Part shown: in pieces, positions 57,673 through 64,000 of the stretch | Position numbering within the stretch: the first letter of the stretch is position 1 | Layout: every line of letters starts with the position of its first letter | NCBI GenBank assembly: GCA_902761365.1 | Contig: CACWJZ010000011.1 | Coordinates: 6,210 to 70,209, forward strand | Direction of reading: 5' to 3' | DNA from: an uncultured Eubacteriales bacterium | GTDB taxonomy: Bacteria; Bacillota; Clostridia; Christensenellales; CAG-138 | Length of the DNA: 64,000 bases | Made by a program: the position numbers and the translations under genes | The notes under the pieces: model-generated | The model's database searches: none | What the model was told of the DNA's origin: nothing | The model's input: only the letters and a program-made list of their open reading frames with translations

Positions 57673-58692
57673 ATGACTATTATTGTTACCGGTGGAGCGG
57701 GATTCATAGGTTCAAATTTCATTTTTTACATGTTGAAGGCTAATCCAGATTACAGGATTATATGCCTTGATAAGTTAACATATGCAGGAAATCTCTCAAC
57801 ATTGAAGAATGTAATGGATAATCCGCATTTTCGTTTTGTGAAAGCTGATGTCTGCGACAGGGAAGCAGTGTATGCTCTCTTTGAGGAAGAACATCCCGAT
57901 ATGGTAGTTAATTTCGCCGCCGAAAGCCATGTGGACCGCTCCATTGAGGATCCAGGTATCTTCCTCCAGACGAATATTATCGGAACAGCAACATTAATGG
58001 ATGCTTGTAGGAAATACGGGATTCAACGATTTCATCAGGTATCAACAGATGAAGTGTATGGTGATTTGCCTCTGGATCGTCCCGACCTGTTTTTTACAGA
58101 GGAGACACCGATTCATACGAGTTCGCCATACTCGTCTTCTAAGGCTGCTGCAGATCTTTTGGTTCAAGCTTATCATAGGACATATGGCTTACCAGTAACC
58201 ATTAGCCGTTGTAGCAATAACTATGGTCCATACCATTTCCCAGAAAAACTAATCCCTCTGATGATAATTAACGCACTAAATGATAAATCTCTTCCGGTTT
58301 ATGGAGCGGGGATCAACGTTCGTGATTGGCTGTATGTTGAGGATCACTGCAAAGCTATTGATTTAATCATTCACAAGGGACGAGTTGGAGAGATTTATAA
58401 CATTGGTGGACATAACGAAATGCGAAATATTGATATTGTGAAATTGATTGTCCATGAACTCGGCAAATCAGAGGATCTCATCACTTATGTAACAGATCGC
58501 AAAGGCCATGACTTGAGATATGCTATCGATCCGACTAAGATAAATAATGATCTTGGGTGGTTGCCAGAGACAAAGTTTGCTGATGGGATCAAAAAGACTA
58601 TTTCCTGGTATTTGAGCAATCGGGACTGGTGGGAGGAAATAATCTCAGGAGAATACAAGAATTATTATGAAAAAATGTATACAGGGCGATAA
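57673..58692 (+). CDS. rfbB: dTDP-glucose 4,6-dehydratase
   Basis: IIVTGGAGFIGSNF, HQVSTDEVYG, PYSSSKAAADLL, RCSNNYGPYHFPEKLIP. Confidence 0.95.
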   Translation: MTIIVTGGAGFIGSNFIFYMLKANPDYRIICLDKLTYAGNLSTLKNVMDNPHFRFVKADVCDREAVYALFEEEHPDMVVNFAAESHVDRSIEDPGIFLQTNIIGTATLMDACRKYGIQRFHQVSTDEVYGDLPLDRPDLFFTEETPIHTSSPYSSSKAAADLLVQAYHRTYGLPVTISRCSNNYGPYHFPEKLIPLMIINALNDKSLPVYGAGINVRDWLYVEDHCKAIDLIIHKGRVGEIYNIGGHNEMRNIDIVKLIVHELGKSEDLITYVTDRKGHDLRYAIDPTKINNDLGWLPETKFADGIKKTISWYLSNRDWWEEIISGEYKNYYEKMYTGR

Positions 58693-58695
58693 TTC

Positions 58696-58935
58696 ATGTA
58701 CAACTATTTAATTGTGGGTTCCAGTTTATTCGGAGCAACTGTAGCACAACAATTGCACGCTGAATGAAAGACCGTGTTTGTAATAGACAAGCGTCCAAAT
58801 ATTGCTGGGAATGTTTATACAGAAAAAGTAAAAGGCATTCATGTTCATAAATAGGCGCACATATTTTCCCTACAAATGACAGAATTGTCTAGGATTACAT
58901 TCGGCAGTTTGCTACGTTCAACCGCTCCACTTTTT
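58696..58935 (+). pseudogene. glf: UDP-galactopyranose mutase (glf) remnant with in-frame stops, 3'-truncated
   Basis: MYNYLIVGSSLFGATVAQQLHAE*KTVFVIDKRPNIAGNVYTEKVKGIHVHK*AHIFPTNDRIV*DYIRQFATFNR. It matches the Glf N-terminus but has three stops, and the similarity ends near 58.93 kb. Confidence 0.8.
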
Positions 58936-59070
58936 TCTGCAACATATTATCTGGGAAAATCGCATTCTCTATCATAGAATAATATAACTTCGTCATCTGT
59001 CACCTGTTGATGGGTTATCTCTGTATGACTAATCTTTTTCTAGTAAATAGAGTTTTTTGGGAAAAGCAGG

Positions 59071-60279
59071 ATGAATCGAATTCAACCTTTTTTTTTGCAA
59101 GTAATTCAAAAGTCGTTATGGAACATGAAAGTGCTGTTTCCAGATGATATCGATTGGGATGCAGTGCTGAAGGAAGCCGAGGATCAGGCGGTGTTAGGGA
59201 TCGTGATAGGAGCAATGCCGGGAGATGTACAGGAAAGATGGAGAAGCAAAGCAAATCTTGTCACGGCAAATTTTGTGCGCATATTGAATTATCAGGAGCA
59301 GCTCTACAGGCTGTTAAAAGAACATGGGATCCCCATGGTCATCCTCAAGGGGACGGCGGCGGCCATTTATTATCCAAATCCATCACAACGATCCATGGGG
59401 GATATTGATTATCTTGTTCCGATGGAATACTTTGATCGAACAAAAGAATTGTTGGTTGAAAACGGGTATTCGATTGCAGATGATCCAAGAAATCCAAGGC
59501 ACATGCATGTATACAAGGGCAGAGTGTCTTTTGAACAGCATCGCTTTTTCAGTTCTGAAGGAATTGATGTAGAGCAGTATATTACCGAGGGAATATCTCA
59601 CATTCATATAAACAAGATTTATGGCAAGGAATTTCCCATGCTTCCTAAGCTGGCGAATGGCATCGTGCTGTTAGGTCACATGGCACAGCATTTGAAGAAT
59701 GGACTAGGGCTTCGGCAGGTCATCGATTGGATGATGTATGTGAACAGTGAACTCAATGATGCGTTCTGGACGCTAACTTTCGAGAAAGCTGCCATAGATG
59801 TTGGCTTGGATCAGATGGCGATTGTAGCCACAAGGATGTGTCAGCTGTATCTTGGACTTTCAGAGGATATTCATTGGTGTATGGATGCCGATCCGGAGGC
59901 ATGCGCAGCATTGATGGATAGCTTGCTGTCATCAGGCAATTTTAATCGAAAGCGTGGGAATGGAACGCCCATTGAAATCGTAACTTCTAACATAGCTAAA
60001 AAGGGGCTGTTTCGGGTTTTGCAAACCTCTGGCGAAAAGAATTGGGAAGCCTATCACAAGCATAAATGGTTGAAACCGTTTGCGTGGATATATCAGGGCT
60101 GCCGGTATGTTGCCAAAGGGATTCAGACGAAGCGTAGCGGCATTCAGATCAAGCAAGATGCCCAACGCGGTAAGCAGCGAAAAGAATTGCTTCAAAAGTT
60201 AAAAATCCTGGAGAAAAAAGAGGATTCTCTGTCAAGAGCAAGATCAGATCCCGAGCGGAAATATATAAAAGAATCATAA
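59071..60279 (+). CDS. Uncharacterised nucleotidyltransferase family protein (NTP_transf_5-like)
   Basis: ILKGTAAAIYYPNPSQRSMGDIDYLV motif. 402 aa with a Lys-rich tail. Confidence 0.6.
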   Translation: MNRIQPFFLQVIQKSLWNMKVLFPDDIDWDAVLKEAEDQAVLGIVIGAMPGDVQERWRSKANLVTANFVRILNYQEQLYRLLKEHGIPMVILKGTAAAIYYPNPSQRSMGDIDYLVPMEYFDRTKELLVENGYSIADDPRNPRHMHVYKGRVSFEQHRFFSSEGIDVEQYITEGISHIHINKIYGKEFPMLPKLANGIVLLGHMAQHLKNGLGLRQVIDWMMYVNSELNDAFWTLTFEKAAIDVGLDQMAIVATRMCQLYLGLSEDIHWCMDADPEACAALMDSLLSSGNFNRKRGNGTPIEIVTSNIAKKGLFRVLQTSGEKNWEAYHKHKWLKPFAWIYQGCRYVAKGIQTKRSGIQIKQDAQRGKQRKELLQKLKILEKKEDSLSRARSDPERKYIKES

Positions 60280-60317
60280 AAGAGCAAACGCCTGTTTCGC
60301 GTTTGCTCTTTCTTTGT
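60279..60317 (+). terminator. Intrinsic terminator closing the glycopolymer operon
   Basis: AAGAGCAAACGC-CTGTTTC-GCGTTTGCTCTT followed by TCTTTGTT. Confidence 0.8.
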
Positions 60318-60363
60318 TGACAGGGAACAGCTAAAAAACGTTCGCTCTCCGTTGGGGGAGAAA

Positions 60364-61980
60364 TCAACCGAAGGCGACGATAACCTCGTTGATGTCCTGG
60401 TCCATGTACCATTTGGTGGAGAGGGTCCAGGTGAGGTATCGATGGTCGATGGATTCAGCGAGGCGCAGGGTGGTTTCCTTGACGGCGGTTTGAAGGCCGT
60501 TGATGTTCTGCTTGATTTCGGCCTCCAAAGCGGTAAGTTCCTGGTCCGCGGCTTTGTTTTCGGCTGTCCAGCTTTTCTGGCTGTTCTTTTTCTCACGCCA
60601 TGGGGCAGCGGCGTAGCGGGCGGCGAGACGGTCCGTGGCTTGGTCGAAGCCCTCCCGCAGGGCGGTGTAGGCCATATAGCAGTCGCTGTACAGGGCGATC
60701 TGTTCGTCCGTGAAGGTCTCCCCGGCGTCCTTCTTCTCCTGGACATGGTTCAGGACTTTCTCGGCCTGGCGCATATACTTCATGGCGGTAAAGCCCACGG
60801 TATGGAGCCAGCGCTCGTACTGTCGAGTGCAGGTGCCCACGGGCCCAACTTCAATGCCGAAGACCTCCCGGATGAGATCGATCCGATTCTGCTGATCCAC
60901 ATACACATATCGCCAGTCGTATTCGATATCGCTGATCTCGCCAAACATGGATCGGGTCCGAATGCTGTCCGTGTTCAGCTTCGTGGCATAGCTGGCCAGG
61001 GAGGTGGTCTGGATCAGGGTGGTGTTGGTATAGATGCCGCTGTTGGCGGCGGTGATCAGGGAGGGGATCGTGCTGAGCGTTCCCTCTGACTTCAGCTTGT
61101 TGAAGATGGCTACCATCATCTTCCGCTGCCGAGCCGTGCGGGAGCTGTCCAATCCGTCGGCTCCGTTTCTGATACGAAGATACCCCATGACCGCATCCCC
61201 GTCCAGATGCTGCATGCCCGTGTGATAGGTCTTATTGCTGTTGAAAGCGTTGAATTGCTGATCCACATCGTAGTCGATGCCGCCGATGGCATCCACGATG
61301 TTGATGACTGCTTGAAAATCCACGGCGTAGTAGTAGGGGATGGAGATGCCGCCCAGCCATTGTTCGGCCGCCCGGCAGGTCAGCAAAAAGCCGTCTGCCA
61401 AATCGTTCGCCTGGCCGGTGGGCTTCTTCCAGCCCCCCAGGCCCACGTTGAACACGCCGTTGAGTTTATAATACCCATAATGGCCCGGGGCCGTGGTCAA
61501 GGTGTCTCGGGGCAGGGTGATCAGATCTACCGTGTTTTCGTCGAAGTTGATGGCAATGACCATCATCACGTCCGTGTGGGGCATGGAGCCGCTGGTGGTC
61601 CCTCCGTTCTCCTTGGCGTCGATGCCCATGAGCATGACGTTCAGCCGATTGGACATGTCCGCTTCAGGGATGGTGGGGGCGGCGGAGACGGGCACGGCAG
61701 GCTCCGGGGTAGCTGGTGAAGCGTTGGCGGGGTCTGCGGTCGGGGCATCGGGGTCCGGCGTGGTCGTTGCGATGGGGAAGGCCGGGGCCATGACCGTGGA
61801 TTCGGGGATCGGCGTAGCGGCGTTCTTCGCAAATACAGACGTCGGCTGCATCAGGGCCCGGATCACGTTGACGGCGCAGAAGATGAACCCGATCAGCAGC
61901 AGAGACAGAATGATCCAAAGGACCGGATGTCTTTTCTTTTGTTGGGAGCGCGGAGCGTGTTCCTGCGGTTGCTTTTTCAT
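60364..61980 (-). CDS. LytR-CpsA-Psr (LCP) family glycopolymer-peptidoglycan ligase with a long C-terminal extension
   Basis: TM segment and Pro/Ala/Thr linker, then LNVMLMGIDA...TDVMMVIAINFDENTVDLITLPRDT, followed by a helical C-terminal region of about 170 aa. Confidence 0.8.
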   Translation of the reverse strand: MKKQPQEHAPRSQQKKRHPVLWIILSLLLIGFIFCAVNVIRALMQPTSVFAKNAATPIPESTVMAPAFPIATTTPDPDAPTADPANASPATPEPAVPVSAAPTIPEADMSNRLNVMLMGIDAKENGGTTSGSMPHTDVMMVIAINFDENTVDLITLPRDTLTTAPGHYGYYKLNGVFNVGLGGWKKPTGQANDLADGFLLTCRAAEQWLGGISIPYYYAVDFQAVINIVDAIGGIDYDVDQQFNAFNSNKTYHTGMQHLDGDAVMGYLRIRNGADGLDSSRTARQRKMMVAIFNKLKSEGTLSTIPSLITAANSGIYTNTTLIQTTSLASYATKLNTDSIRTRSMFGEISDIEYDWRYVYVDQQNRIDLIREVFGIEVGPVGTCTRQYERWLHTVGFTAMKYMRQAEKVLNHVQEKKDAGETFTDEQIALYSDCYMAYTALREGFDQATDRLAARYAAAPWREKKNSQKSWTAENKAADQELTALEAEIKQNINGLQTAVKETTLRLAESIDHRYLTWTLSTKWYMDQDINEVIVAFG

Positions 61981-62185
61981 ATCTATAGTACCTCTCTATC
62001 CGCGTTGCCGCTTTGGCGGCTTCGTGCAGCGGAGAAATATTTGACGGCAGTATACCATCTTTCAAGGGCGAAAGCAACGCATTTCATACTAATGTAACAG
62101 GATTGGCAAAAAAAAACAGCAGGGCCATCGGAAGGATGGCCCATTGGACTGCCAAATACGCTTTTTGTATCAGCTGAAGCGGCGC

Positions 62186-64000
62186 TCAGGGCAGAAGCCC
62201 GTCCCGCTCCATCTGTACAACGGTATCGTAATCGAAGCGTTCCGTAGCGATGGCGGGGAAGTTCTCTTCGTGGAACCGCCAGAAATAGGGCTTGGCCTTG
62301 CACTGCTGGTTGGTCCACATGAAGCATTTGTACTTGTGGACCCGGGTGAGCAGGGGGTCGTAGTGGTACCAGCCGGTGCCGATATTGACGATGACCCAGT
62401 AGTGACGGGTGGCCGTGCTCTTGCGGGTCACGCTCATGTAGGGGATCTGTAGCTCGTCCAGCAGCGCCCGGGTCAGGGAGTACACGGTGAAGCAGTCGCC
62501 TCGCCCCTCCCGATAGCCCCGCAGGGCCTCCCGGCGCCAGTCGCTCTTGTTGGAGCTGCCGGTGTAATGGACCTGCCCCCGCACATATTCAAAGACGACC
62601 TTGAGCTTTTCAGCGGTGACCATGTCCGGCGTGATGATCTGGGCAAGGATGCTCTGGGCCATCTTGCGGATCTCCGCGTCGGTGACGGAGGGTTCCACCA
62701 GGGTGTAGGTGCAGCTCTTGGAGACCGTGTTGCCGCTTCGGTCCGTGGCGGTATAGGTGACGGTGTATTTGCCCCGCTTGGACAGGACCACCTGGCTGTC
62801 CACCGTGAGCTCCACCCGTCCGTCCACATCGTCCTCGGCATAGGCCTCCTTAAAGTAGGCGATGGGCTCGTTCACATAACCGCTGCGGTCCACCACCCCA
62901 TAGAGCACGGGGGGCGTCCGGTCCACGGCCAGGGTAAGGGGGAAGGTGGCGGTGGTCTCGTTGCCCAGAGCGTCCAGGGCCCGGACGGTGAAGGTCTGGG
63001 GCTGGTCGCTGTTCTGGTCGGGGGCCACCAGGAAGGAGAGGGTCACCGCCGACACGTCCTCCGCATCGACCAGCTGCTCAGGGGTCAGGCCGTGATGGGT
63101 ATAGAAGGGACCCTCCTTGGGGGTGAGGGCAGGGCCTGTGGTGTCCACCAGGGTCACCAGGGCGATCTCGGTGCCCGCTGCCGTCCGGACCCGGACGGGG
63201 TAGGTCCCCGGCGCGTTGGCCAAAAAAGCTTCCGGCGCGGCTTCAGGATGGCCCAAGTCTTCCCCGGTCAGCGGGCCGTTCTTCGCCTCCACGGTCACCG
63301 CGCCGAGGGAGGAAATGAGGGCCTGAGCGGGCACGTCGGTGGCGTTCCCGCCGGCGTCCGTGATGCGGATCGAAATGTCCTGAATCTCCCGGCTGTCGGG
63401 ATCAGGAGCGGCGGCAAAGGAAAAGCTCAGGGCCGTTTCATCGGCGATCTCCGTCAAAAAGGCTTCCGGCGCGGCTTCCTCTCCCGGGGCCAGGATCAGA
63501 AACGTTCCCGTGCCCACGGGGGGCACCGTGTCCTGCACCTCCAGGACGGTGGGGAAGACGCGGCCGTTCTTGAGGCATTTGACCTGCAGGGCATATTCTC
63601 CGGGGGTCCGCATCATCTCCTCCGTGATGGTGTCCAGCAGCTCCCCCTGGAAGCCATCGGTCAGGAAGGGGTCCACGGAGGGGGCGGGGCTGCCCGCCTC
63701 CACGGTCACCCGGTCCACCGTGGCCTGTACGGCGGCGGTGGCGGTGACTTCGCTCTGGTTGCCGCTGCCGTCCTCCAAAAAGATGCGCACCGGCTGCTCC
63801 CCGGCGGGGGAGAAGTCGTACTCCTCGGCGAAGCGCACGCCCACCCGGTCCGCGTCCTGAAGCTCGGTGATGAACTCGTCCGGCGTGGGCTCGTAGCCGG
63901 AGGCGAAGGTCACCCGCACGGGCACGGCGGTGGGGGCCGTGGTGTCCCGGACGATCAGCAGGCAGGGGACCACTCTGTATCGGGTGATCACCTGCACCAC
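62186..64000 (-). CDS. Large surface protein with Ig-like repeats and a C-terminal transglutaminase-like cysteine protease domain (N-terminus outside the window)
   Basis: Repeated modules of about 90 aa (DTTAP...; DRTPPVLYG...YTATDRSGN...). C-terminus GRGDCFTVYSL...RHYWVIVNIGTGWYHYDP. Confidence 0.7.
   Translation of the reverse strand: MVQVITRYRVVPCLLIVRDTTAPTAVPVRVTFASGYEPTPDEFITELQDADRVGVRFAEEYDFSPAGEQPVRIFLEDGSGNQSEVTATAAVQATVDRVTVEAGSPAPSVDPFLTDGFQGELLDTITEEMMRTPGEYALQVKCLKNGRVFPTVLEVQDTVPPVGTGTFLILAPGEEAAPEAFLTEIADETALSFSFAAAPDPDSREIQDISIRITDAGGNATDVPAQALISSLGAVTVEAKNGPLTGEDLGHPEAAPEAFLANAPGTYPVRVRTAAGTEIALVTLVDTTGPALTPKEGPFYTHHGLTPEQLVDAEDVSAVTLSFLVAPDQNSDQPQTFTVRALDALGNETTATFPLTLAVDRTPPVLYGVVDRSGYVNEPIAYFKEAYAEDDVDGRVELTVDSQVVLSKRGKYTVTYTATDRSGNTVSKSCTYTLVEPSVTDAEIRKMAQSILAQIITPDMVTAEKLKVVFEYVRGQVHYTGSSNKSDWRREALRGYREGRGDCFTVYSLTRALLDELQIPYMSVTRKSTATRHYWVIVNIGTGWYHYDPLLTRVHKYKCFMWTNQQCKAKPYFWRFHEENFPAIATERFDYDTVVQMERDGLLP

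Larger units (their letters stand above)
38975..60320 (+). other. Low-G+C variable core of the glycopolymer locus (probable horizontally replaced segment)
   Basis: G+C falls abruptly by eye after the capD stop and rises again after the terminator at about 60.3 kb. All genes are on the plus strand. No integrase or flanking direct repeats were seen. Confidence 0.7.

Overview
The window looks like a chromosomal segment from a high-G+C, spore-forming Firmicute. The lineage is my guess, based on a YtxC-like gene, a T-box, Gram-positive terminators and AGGAGG ribosome-binding sites (RBS); it may be Oscillospiraceae-like. All product calls rest on motif recognition by eye, because no searches were run.

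The left 39 kb is mostly housekeeping:
- a trpB-like gene (partial)
- sufC and sufB/D
- a DAACS symporter
- dnaX, ybaB and recR
- rsmA and mutY
- ohrR, gpx and a CDF transporter
- a livJHMGF-type branched-chain amino acid ABC operon
- an M42 peptidase and an MscS channel
- metNIQ behind a Met T-box
- nadE and galE

From about 35.8 kb a NusG paralog (LoaP/UpxY-like), a near-consensus promoter, a roughly 345-nt leader and capD open a co-directional glycopolymer locus of about 24 kb. The central part of that locus (about 39.0-60.3 kb) is visibly much lower in G+C than the flanks, so it looks horizontally replaced. It encodes:
- Wzx and Wzy
- five glycosyltransferases
- CDP-ribitol and CDP-glycerol modules
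- a dTDP-3-acetamido-3,6-dideoxyhexose pathway with a GNAT-isomerase fusion
- at least two decaying pseudogenes

An LCP ligase gene and a large Ig-repeat transglutaminase gene close the window.

The points most worth a second look:
- two candidate leader-peptide attenuators, one Trp-rich and one Ile/Val/Leu-rich; this mechanism is unusual for Firmicutes
- a three-copy homopurine/homopyrimidine hairpin repeat with a compensatory base-pair change
- a 22-bp tandem duplication that frameshifts metN
- a protein with about 105 aa of Thr-Pro repeats encoded by nested tandem DNA repeats
- the mosaic polysaccharide island

I found no CRISPR array, tRNA, rRNA, transposase, integrase or recognisable defence system.
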